Assembly: GCA_958296135.2 (NCBI GenBank)
Contig: CATQHZ020000001.1
Span: 2,016,001 to 2,080,000 of the forward strand
Direction of reading: 5' to 3'
Length of the DNA stretch: 64,000 bases
Source: an uncultured Poribacteria bacterium
GTDB lineage: Bacteria; Poribacteria; WGA-4E; WGA-3G
The stretch's first letter is position 1. The number at the start of each line of letters is the position of its first letter. The notes beneath the pieces were generated by a model that saw nothing but the letters and a program-made list of their open reading frames with translations, made no database searches and had not been told where the DNA came from. Shown piece by piece: positions 29,669 to 37,674 of the stretch. Made by a program: the position numbers and the translations under genes.

Positions 29669-31036
29669 CTATTCCCGCGTCAGCATTTCCGCGAGGGCTG
29701 GCGGCACCTGAACGCCGTTTTGCTGCTCAAAGTCCGCGACGCTTTCATAATCGTTATGAAATGACGCGATGATATCCACACCTTTGTCCCTGGCAACCGT
29801 TAGGTCTGCTTTGGCTTTGTCCCATTCGTGGAGGTGCATCCACGCTTCGCCGCGATTGCAATAGGTTTCGGCATCATCGGGATTGAGTTCTATTGCCGTG
29901 TTAAAGTCTTTGATGGCGGTGTCAAAATCGCCTTTTCGGTGGTAAGTAACGCCGCGATTGTTGTAGGCATCGGCATAATTGGGGTTGAGTTCTATCGCCG
30001 TGGTATAGTCTGCAATAGCCGTGTCAAAATCGCCCTTTTTGAGGTAGGCCACCCCACGATTATAAGAGGCCAGAGCAAGATTTGGTTTGAGTTCTACCGC
30101 TCTTGCAAAGTCGCTGACGGCCTGGTCGTATCTGCCTATTCCAACGTAGATGGTGCCTCGGTTATTGTAGACCTCGGCAGCATCAGGTTTCAAGTTTATC
30201 GCTGTGCTAAAATCACTGATGGCCTTGTCCTCCTCACCTATGCTGGCGTAAACGTTGCCGCGATTGTTATAGGCTTCGACATAATCGGGTTTCAACTTCA
30301 GAGCCTCAGTATAATGCGCGATGGATTTTTCATAATTCGCGTTATTTTGACACCGCAAACCGCTACAAAGTTCCTCAAAGGCCGTGTGATAGATTCCTTG
30401 TATCCTAATAAATCCATGAAGATCGTTGTAGATGGTTTTTGCGGAGATATTGTGGAACTTTCGCAGATAATCCAGCATAGGAATTTTGATGGATGCCGGC
30501 ATCGTCACAACATCTTCCGGGTCAAATTCGACAAATCCTTGGCGAGGTTGAACAAATACACTTTTCTGGGCCATCACGCGATTAAGTGGTTTGCTCGGTT
30601 CGCGAGGGATGTCAATTAGTTCTTCTAGATCGTCCCTTCTCCGCAAGATAATCCTGCCATCCTCATCATGGGAGCCGTCGCATGCGAAGAAGAGGGCCAC
30701 ACGAGAGTCGCTCGTAAACTCAATTAGATTGGTTGCTCCCCCATGAAAATGAAGTTCAGTTAGGATTTCAAAATCGCTGTCGGCGGCGATTCCAGGGAGA
30801 TGTTCTCTCACCGTCTCCAGCAATTTATCTTGAATGGCCTCTGCATCAAAGTAAGATCCCACACTCCTCAGGTGTTGGTTGTAGAGGGTCGACGAAACTC
30901 TCGGATAGTATGCAGGTTCACCGCGGAAAATGTAGTCAACGCTGGCGGACTTGTCCTCGATTTTCCGGATGATCTTCCGCACCTTGCCGAGTGCGTTTTG
31001 GTGTGAGGGGTTCATCATTTTCATAAAGGTCACCAT
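29669..31036 (-). CDS. FRG domain + TPR array (5 NRG units)
   Basis: YIFRGE, LHFHGGATNLIEFTSD, ALFFAC; TPRs; shared C-terminus. Confidence 0.85.
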   Translation of the reverse strand: MVTFMKMMNPSHQNALGKVRKIIRKIEDKSASVDYIFRGEPAYYPRVSSTLYNQHLRSVGSYFDAEAIQDKLLETVREHLPGIAADSDFEILTELHFHGGATNLIEFTSDSRVALFFACDGSHDEDGRIILRRRDDLEELIDIPREPSKPLNRVMAQKSVFVQPRQGFVEFDPEDVVTMPASIKIPMLDYLRKFHNISAKTIYNDLHGFIRIQGIYHTAFEELCSGLRCQNNANYEKSIAHYTEALKLKPDYVEAYNNRGNVYASIGEEDKAISDFSTAINLKPDAAEVYNNRGTIYVGIGRYDQAVSDFARAVELKPNLALASYNRGVAYLKKGDFDTAIADYTTAIELNPNYADAYNNRGVTYHRKGDFDTAIKDFNTAIELNPDDAETYCNRGEAWMHLHEWDKAKADLTVARDKGVDIIASFHNDYESVADFEQQNGVQVPPALAEMLTRE

Positions 31037-31092
31037 ATCTAGCGTGCAAAGGCTACTGATGCAGGTTAATTGGAAAGTTGCCTTCGCTCCAC

Positions 31093-31668
31093 TTAAAGTT
31101 GTCTGGATGGGGACAAGTTTATCCTATTTGAATCTGGTATCCCCACAAAGTCTTCTTTGGGCTGAACAATCTTTTCTGCTTCCGCTTTCACGCTTCCGTC
31201 TACAACGTTGGATTTAGACAGATACTTTTGGAAGGCGGATACAGTTTCTTGCTCGTTTCCAAGAGTGATGGAATAGAACTTCCGATTTCTCCATGAAACA
31301 TGCGTTTTGTAAGACAGATAAAAGTCCCACGTTTTGCCATTAGTCAGAACGCCAAGGTCAATTCCCTGCTGGAAAACATAGCGGGCTATCTGCCTTTGAG
31401 ATGCCTCGTCCGATTCAATTTTGACACGCCACCGTTTGCACTCAACGAACACCAGAGGTTTTGCCTCATGTTGTAAGGCATAGTCAACCTTGCCATTTGC
31501 AGCCCTCCGTTCTGGGAGAACCTCTAAAGTCTCCAAATTGCTGTCATTCCAGCCTAGGGCCCTAAGGATAGGTAGAACGACAAACTGTTTCGTCGCGAAT
31601 TCGTCAAAGTCGCGGGCTTCAATGGTTCCCGTAAACTGCACAATGTGAGCGATGGTTTGTTCCAGCAT
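31093..31668 (-). CDS. Stand-alone HsdR N-terminal (type I REase-like) nuclease domain protein
   Basis: EFATKQFVVLPILRALGW, EVLPE, VDYAL, VECK, QIARY and GVLTNGKTWDFY motifs. Confidence 0.8.
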   Translation of the reverse strand: MLEQTIAHIVQFTGTIEARDFDEFATKQFVVLPILRALGWNDSNLETLEVLPERRAANGKVDYALQHEAKPLVFVECKRWRVKIESDEASQRQIARYVFQQGIDLGVLTNGKTWDFYLSYKTHVSWRNRKFYSITLGNEQETVSAFQKYLSKSNVVDGSVKAEAEKIVQPKEDFVGIPDSNRINLSPSRQL

Positions 31669-31707
31669 GTTTCCTCTTCGTATCAGCAATTGCCTGCCTG
31701 AACGGGC

Positions 31708-32004
31708 CGAATAAACTCTCCGGAGTTGCAGCGTCTTTTTCTGCAAGTTGACTGCCTCCATCGTTGAGTTTCGGGTTTTGACGAGCGGGCAAACGGCGCG
31801 GCATTTCTTGCCGAAGCGGTGCTGCGCTTCGGAGGGTCCGAGTGCCTGCAACCGTTCACGAACTCTTGCAAGAATAGGATATCACAAAATGCACAATTTT
31901 TCAACGAAAAACGTAATGATAACGTTAGTTTACTATAAAAAAGCGGTGTATGTCAAGAAAAAAAGACCTGCGAATTTAGATGTGGCGCATTTCAGGTTCT
32001 GGAG
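31708..32004 (-). repeat. Cassette joint copy 3
   Basis: Spacer + leader homologous to 27256-27551. Confidence 0.9.
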
Positions 32005-33816
32005 CTATTCCCGCGTCAGCATTTCCGCGAGGGCTGGCGGCACCTGAACATCGTTTTTCTGCTCAAAGTCCGCGACGCTTTCATAATCGTTATGAAATGA
32101 CGCGATGATATCCGCGCCCATGTCTCTGGCAACCGTTAGGTCTGCTTTGGCTTTGTCCCATTCGCGGAGGTGCAGCCACGCTTCGCCGCGATTGTAATAG
32201 GTTTCGGCATCATCGGGATTGAGTGCTATTGCCGTGTTAAAGTCTTTGATGGCGGTGTCAAAATCGCCTTTTTTGTCGTAAGCAATGCCGCGGTTGTAAT
32301 AGGCATCGGCGAGCTGGGGATTGAGTGCTATCGCCGTGGTATAGTCTTTGATGGCGGTGTCAAAATCGCCTTTTCTACCGTAAGCAATGCCGCGGTTGTA
32401 ATAGGCATCGGCGAGCTGGGGATTGAGTGCTATCGCCGTGGTATAGTCTTTGATGGCGGTGTCAAAATCGCCTTTTTTGCCGTAAGCAATGCCGCGATTG
32501 TTGTAGGCCTCGGCAAGCCTGGGATTAAGTTCTATCGCCGTGTTATAGTCTTTGATGGCGGTGTCAAAATCGCCTTTTTCGTGGTAAGCAGCACCACGGT
32601 TGTAATAGGCCTCGGCAAGCTGGGGATTGAGTGCTATCGCCGTGTTAAAGTCTGCAATAGCCATGTCAAAATCGCCTTTTCTACCGTAAGCAGTGCCACG
32701 GTTGTTATAGGCCTTGGCATCATCGGGATTGAGTGCTATTGCCGTGTTAAAGTCTCTGACGGCGGTGTCAACATCGCCTTTTCTACCGTAAGCAATGCCG
32801 CGGTTGTTATAGGCCTCGGCATAATTGGGGTTGAGTTCTATTGCCTTGGTATAGTCCTGAATGGCATCGTCAAAATCGCCCTTGTTGCTATAAGCAATGC
32901 CGCGGTTGTAATAGACCTCGGCATAATTGGGGTTGAGTTCTATCGCCTTGGTATAGTCTTTGATGGCGTTGTTAAATTCGTCTTTTTTGCCGTAAGCGTT
33001 ACCGCGGTTGTTATAGGCTACTACAAAATCGGGTTTGAGTTCTATCGCCTTGCTAAAGTGTCGGATGGCCTCGTCATACAAACGTTTATCATTGGCAGAA
33101 CGACCTCTGTAAAGTTCCTCGTAAGCCCTATGATGGATATCCTGTATTCTGATGAATCCATGCAGGTCGTTATAGACAGTTTTCGCAGATATGTTGTGAT
33201 ACTTCCGCAGGTAATCCGACATAGGTTCTTTGAGTTCTGCCGGAATCACAACAACATCCTTGTCTCGGTCGAATTCAACGAAGCCTCGGCAAGGGCGAAC
33301 GAATATGCTCTTTTGAGCGATAACACGATTAAGGGGATTGCTCGGTTCGCGCGGGTTTTCAACGAGATTTTTTATTTTCGCTCTTTTTTTTACGATAATT
33401 CTTCCATTCTTGCCGGAGGAACCGTCGCATGCGAAGAAGAGAGCCACGCGCGAATCGGTCGTAAAGTCGATCAAATTCGTTTTGCCACCGTAGTGTTGAA
33501 GTTCGGTGAGGGTTTCAAAATCATGGGCTGGTTCGGAGGGGATCCCTATTGCTGTGTCTGGTCTCCTCATTGGGGTTTCAAAGTCGCTGGTTGTTCCGGG
33601 GAGATGCTCTTTCGCTGCGGTTAGCATCTCCTTTTGGAAATCTTCCACATTGGATCCATCTGTCAGAATTTCTTCGTATTCGCGGTAGAGGGTTGAGGAG
33701 ACTTCCTCATAGCATTCAGGCTCGCCGCGAAAGATGTAGTCACCGCTGGCGGATTTGTCCTCTATTTCCCGGATGATGTCCCGAACCCGACTGAGTTCGT
33801 CTTGTTGTGTGTTCAT
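32005..33816 (-). CDS. FRG domain + TPR array (9 NRG units)
   Basis: YIFRGE, LQHYGGKTNLIDFTTD, ALFFAC; near-identical 102-bp repeats. Confidence 0.88.
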   Translation of the reverse strand: MNTQQDELSRVRDIIREIEDKSASGDYIFRGEPECYEEVSSTLYREYEEILTDGSNVEDFQKEMLTAAKEHLPGTTSDFETPMRRPDTAIGIPSEPAHDFETLTELQHYGGKTNLIDFTTDSRVALFFACDGSSGKNGRIIVKKRAKIKNLVENPREPSNPLNRVIAQKSIFVRPCRGFVEFDRDKDVVVIPAELKEPMSDYLRKYHNISAKTVYNDLHGFIRIQDIHHRAYEELYRGRSANDKRLYDEAIRHFSKAIELKPDFVVAYNNRGNAYGKKDEFNNAIKDYTKAIELNPNYAEVYYNRGIAYSNKGDFDDAIQDYTKAIELNPNYAEAYNNRGIAYGRKGDVDTAVRDFNTAIALNPDDAKAYNNRGTAYGRKGDFDMAIADFNTAIALNPQLAEAYYNRGAAYHEKGDFDTAIKDYNTAIELNPRLAEAYNNRGIAYGKKGDFDTAIKDYTTAIALNPQLADAYYNRGIAYGRKGDFDTAIKDYTTAIALNPQLADAYYNRGIAYDKKGDFDTAIKDFNTAIALNPDDAETYYNRGEAWLHLREWDKAKADLTVARDMGADIIASFHNDYESVADFEQKNDVQVPPALAEMLTRE

Positions 33817-34074
33817 CTTCTTTCCTTGATGATAGTCAAAAATGTGCCCCTAATAGGGACGATACGAATAAACTCTCCGGAGTTGCAGCGTCTTCTTCTG
33901 CAAGTTGACTGCCTCCATCGTTGAGTTTCGGGTTTTGACGCGCGGGAAAACGGCGCGGCGTTTCTTGCCGAAGCGGTGCTGCGCCTCGGTAGGTGCGAGT
34001 GTCGCGCTTCTTGGCTGCGAACGTTCACGAACCTGTGTTAAACATAGGATACCATAAACCGCATAAAATTGCAA
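33817..34074 (-). repeat. Leader copy with promoter at the island's upstream edge
   Basis: Near-identical to 27207-27410; TTGCAA-N17-TATCCT at 34074-34046. Confidence 0.85.
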
Positions 34075-34088
34075 GGAAAAAACGGACG

Positions 34089-34763
34089 CTAGATTTCGTT
34101 TGAATCCGATACCTCCTGAAATCTATTTTCCTCTAATTTTGGCAACATGTCAAGCGTCCTTAAGGCATCGAGATACCGTTTCGCCTGCTCTCCTGCACCG
34201 GTGGGAGACATCACGCCTGACATCACGGCGATGCCAGAAGCCCCCGACTCGATGCATGCCGCAACTCGTTCTGGCGTAATCCCACCGAGTGCAAAAATGG
34301 GAATCTTTACCTGTTTCGCTAGCCGCGCAAGATTCGCTACGCCGACTGCAGGGCCGTATCCCGGCTTGCTCGCGGTAAGGTAGATGGGACTGTAAGTGAC
34401 GAAATCAGCCCCTTCGGCTTCGCGTTTTTTGGCTTCGTCAACATTGTGAATGGAACAGCCAATCTGCAAAGTTTCGCCAGCGCGTTGTAAGCGCGCTGTT
34501 GCGTGTGCAGGCAAATGAACCCCCGCAGCTCCAACTGCCCGTGCAACCTTGACATTTCGGTTGATGAAAAGCGCGGCATCGTAAGACAGGCACCGAACAG
34601 CAATCGGTTTTGCCATTTGATATAAGGCGAGCTCGTCTAAGTCTTTTTCGCGCAATTGGATAGCGCGCACGCCTGCATCTAGCAGTTCTGAGATGACATC
34701 TAATAACGGGGTTGGGGCGCAGCGGTGCCGGTCGGTGATAGCATATAGATTAAAACCGCTCAT
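34089..34763 (-). CDS. thiE: Thiamine phosphate synthase (ThiE/TenI family)
   Basis: LYAITDR, IQLREKD, GVHL, SPIYLTASKP and FALGGI motifs. Confidence 0.8.
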   Translation of the reverse strand: MSGFNLYAITDRHRCAPTPLLDVISELLDAGVRAIQLREKDLDELALYQMAKPIAVRCLSYDAALFINRNVKVARAVGAAGVHLPAHATARLQRAGETLQIGCSIHNVDEAKKREAEGADFVTYSPIYLTASKPGYGPAVGVANLARLAKQVKIPIFALGGITPERVAACIESGASGIAVMSGVMSPTGAGEQAKRYLDALRTLDMLPKLEENRFQEVSDSNEI

Positions 34764-34765
34764 GC

Positions 34766-36220
34766 TCACGTAGTTTTGCGGCGGAGGCGCGCTGCGAACG
34801 CGCCATCAACGCCGTGTTCATGCGGGAAGGTCTGGACGAAGCCTTCAGGCGTTAGCGCGCTCGGTGGAAGGTGAGGTAAAAACGGCCGTGCGTGCTCCAC
34901 GGTATACATCGGAAACGCCGCTAGAAACCGACGGATAATCTCTTCGTTCTCCTGCGGTTCTACGCTACAAGTGCTATAGACAAGCACGCCGCCGCGTTTA
35001 ATATGCGGTGCGGCGTTCCGCAGCAGATTGAACTGCAATTCGCAGAGCGCGCTGAGTTGCGCAGCAGTCCTATTCCATCGGATATCTGGGTGCCGCCGCA
35101 GCGTGCCAAACCCCGAACAGGGCGCATCGATAAGCACGGCATCGGCATTTGTGATAAACCCGAGCTCTGCCTTCGTGGCATCGAGCACCTGTGTTTCAAC
35201 GTTGAGCGCGCCGATGCGTCGACAGTTGTTTTTTAAGCGCGCGAGCCGCTGCTCGGAGATATCCGCGGCAATGATTTTGCCTGAGTTGCCCATTAGGTGC
35301 GCGAGATGCGTCGTTTTGCCGCCAGGTGCTGCACACAAATCAACGACGAGCTGCATCTCTGCCGGCGCGAGCAGCGGCGCGACGAGCATCGCACTCTCGT
35401 CTTGCACATAGATATCGTCGCGATTCAGTACCGACTTTAAGGTTCTTTCGCCCTCTGGCGCGTTGTCCCGCTCGGCAGTATCAAACGTGGTGGGTTCGCG
35501 GTTGACGAATACCAATCCATCGGGCGCGAGCGTGGAGACTTGTGTGGATATCCCACTTGCCTTGAGGGATTCGCGGAGCTCCTTCACTTGTGTGAGGAGG
35601 CAATTCATCCGAAAGGCGAGGGGTGCTGTGTGGTTACTGGCGCGGCAGAACGCGAGCGTCCACGAAACCCCGCGCGTCTCAAGCCACTGTTTCACTAGCC
35701 ACGTCGGATAAGACTGGGAGAGGGAAATGTGTTCAACCGGATTCTCGCCGAGCGGCGGATAGGTTAACGCGTGTCCCTCGCGTTGCACGGAGCGCAAAAC
35801 GCCGTTGATGAACCCCGCTGTTTTGCTGCCGCTCTTCGCCTGGAACCCACGCCTACCGGTGCGAGCTCTCCTTTTGTAGCCGGAACCTCCCGAGCCCAAT
35901 GCCCGTTTTGCCAATTGGACAGTCTCAAAAATCGCCGCGTGCGCGGGAATGCCGTCCAAGTGCAATAACTGAAACGCGCCGAGGCGGAGGATGTGACGGT
36001 GACGCATATCCACCTGAAACCGGGGATTGATGAAGTGATTCAGCACCCAATCGAGCTGCTTCTGCCATCGGACAACACCATAGACGAGCCCGTTTACCAA
36101 TCGCCGGTCGCGGCCGCTGATAGCGTGTTTTTGGAACGCGCTGTCAACGACAACAGACACCGATGCACGGGTTTGCGAGATAGACAGCAGGCACTCTAGT
36201 GCAACTTCGCGAACGCTCAT
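34766..36220 (-). CDS. rsmB: 16S rRNA m5C967 methyltransferase RsmB/Sun
   Basis: NusB-like N-terminus, VQDES, DLCAAPGGKT, DAPCSGFG and YSTCS motifs. Confidence 0.92.
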   Translation of the reverse strand: MSVREVALECLLSISQTRASVSVVVDSAFQKHAISGRDRRLVNGLVYGVVRWQKQLDWVLNHFINPRFQVDMRHRHILRLGAFQLLHLDGIPAHAAIFETVQLAKRALGSGGSGYKRRARTGRRGFQAKSGSKTAGFINGVLRSVQREGHALTYPPLGENPVEHISLSQSYPTWLVKQWLETRGVSWTLAFCRASNHTAPLAFRMNCLLTQVKELRESLKASGISTQVSTLAPDGLVFVNREPTTFDTAERDNAPEGERTLKSVLNRDDIYVQDESAMLVAPLLAPAEMQLVVDLCAAPGGKTTHLAHLMGNSGKIIAADISEQRLARLKNNCRRIGALNVETQVLDATKAELGFITNADAVLIDAPCSGFGTLRRHPDIRWNRTAAQLSALCELQFNLLRNAAPHIKRGGVLVYSTCSVEPQENEEIIRRFLAAFPMYTVEHARPFLPHLPPSALTPEGFVQTFPHEHGVDGAFAARLRRKTT

Positions 36221-36303
36221 GTCAAATTTTTCCTTCAGGCGGATGTCTCTATACGGCCGGACAAATAGAGCCCCCGGTCGGATACGGAGACCCGCCTGTC
36301 CGA

Positions 36304-36576
36304 TTACGCTTCCTGCGCGATAAGCGCGTTCAGTTTGCGGTTGAGGCGCGACTTTTGGCGGTTCGCCGTGCCTTTTTTGATGACACCCTTGCCAGCCGCC
36401 CGGTCGAGCAGACTCGCCGAAGAGCGGCACAATCCCTGCGCGGCTTCAACGTTGCCAGAGGCGAGGGCTTCCTCGGTTTGTCTGAGCTGCGTGCGCAGCG
36501 TCGCTTTACGGTGTCGGTTTCTCACACGTTTGGTTTCATCCGCACGTGCATGCTTCATTGCTGATTTTCGATGCAC
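36304..36576 (-). CDS. rpsT: 30S ribosomal protein S20
   Basis: KSAMKHAR...RNRHRKATLRT...LDRAAGKGVIKKGTANRQKSRL; GTG start after aaggag. Confidence 0.92.
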   Translation of the reverse strand: MHRKSAMKHARADETKRVRNRHRKATLRTQLRQTEEALASGNVEAAQGLCRSSASLLDRAAGKGVIKKGTANRQKSRLNRKLNALIAQEA

Positions 36577-36623
36577 AAGTAAAACTCCTTTTTTCATCTA
36601 AAGTTGGCAATCTTGCCTATATA

Positions 36624-36652
36624 ATAATACCACAAAATCGCTGGTTTGTCAA
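36624..36652 (-). promoter_or_regulatory. rpsT promoter
   Basis: TTGACA-N17-TATTAT with TG extension. Confidence 0.7.
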
Positions 36653-36765
36653 CTTTTTTTATTTTTTGTATTTCGCAATGCGTTCGGTAAGCAGGTCTGG
36701 TGCAAGAGACGGTATCTTGCCAGAGCGCAGTGACGTTGTCACTCTTTGCATTCCAGGCAACACCC

Positions 36766-37626
36766 CTACAACATCTCCCTCGTCAATGTATACACATGCC
36801 GCAGCCACGAGGCATAATAGAGCCCGTTCGCATAACAGAAATAGAGCACCTTCAGGCAGAGGATGACGATGATACAGGCTGCCAACGCCGAGAGCAAACC
36901 TATGTCCAACAACCGCATTCCTGTCAACACTGTTTGGAAATGCGCAGCCCCTTCGGCATCCGGTGAAAATCCGCGGCTCTCAACCGATTCGCCGAGCTGC
37001 GTCGCATGGCGGATGTTACCTGCCAAAATCGGACGAAAACTGTTAAGGCCCCCGCGCACAGTGGCGAACAGATTCACCCGTAGATAACGGAATCCGCGTA
37101 ATCTCTGTGAGCGGAGGACTGTCGCAGCCTCGTTCGCAATCACGGGTATGAAATGAAGCGCGGTTGTTACCATGAAGGCGAGTGTGCCTGGCACTCGCAG
37201 TCGCACCAAGGCGCGCAGCAAGTCGCGGGGTTGCGTCGTCCAGATAATGAAACAGCCGATAGTAAGCGTCGTGTTGAAACGGAGGGACTGGACAATACCG
37301 TGGAATAATCCTTCGCGGTAGACGCGGATGCCGCCTGTCATTTCGCCGATGAACGGAAATTCGGGGGGAACAAGTGTCAGCAGCACCGTGCGCGGCGATG
37401 CGTTGTAGAAAATCGCCTGACTGTAAATTAACCCCCACGTCGTAAAGAAGAGGAAGACGAGCAGCAAGCGGATTTGTCGGAGCGTCGGCTTCAACACAGC
37501 ACCGAACGTCAGACTGGCAAGGAAGCAGACGAGCAGCGCGCTTGGACTATCCAGCAGAATGACGAGACATCCGCTCATCAGCATCATGAGGATTTTGGCA
37601 CGAGGGGTTAGGTGAATCTGTTGCAT
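36766..37626 (-). CDS. ECF transporter transmembrane T component
   Basis: PRAKI, LRVP...FMVTTALHFIP, SQRLRG and SVESRGF motifs. Confidence 0.85.
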   Translation of the reverse strand: MQQIHLTPRAKILMMLMSGCLVILLDSPSALLVCFLASLTFGAVLKPTLRQIRLLLVFLFFTTWGLIYSQAIFYNASPRTVLLTLVPPEFPFIGEMTGGIRVYREGLFHGIVQSLRFNTTLTIGCFIIWTTQPRDLLRALVRLRVPGTLAFMVTTALHFIPVIANEAATVLRSQRLRGFRYLRVNLFATVRGGLNSFRPILAGNIRHATQLGESVESRGFSPDAEGAAHFQTVLTGMRLLDIGLLSALAACIIVILCLKVLYFCYANGLYYASWLRHVYTLTREML

Positions 37627-37674
37627 AGGTGCGTCTTCTTCCAAACTTGTTCGGGTGGATATAGAAATCCACCC

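Noticed and set aside
32200-33050. DGR-style mutagenesis of the TPR units
   Set aside because: Differences between units are not restricted to adenines, and no RT or template repeat is seen
32170-33624. 484-aa plus-strand ORF (also 25839-26543 and 29828-30619)
   Set aside because: Antisense shadows of the TPR repeats; no RBS or independent motifs
27207-34074. Classical integron or prophage
   Set aside because: No tyrosine integrase, attC-like sites or phage structural genes recognised; joints are long direct repeats with promoters
36221-36430. N-terminal extension of rsmB in the ORF track
   Set aside because: Overlaps rpsT in another frame; homology begins at MSVREVAL (36220)
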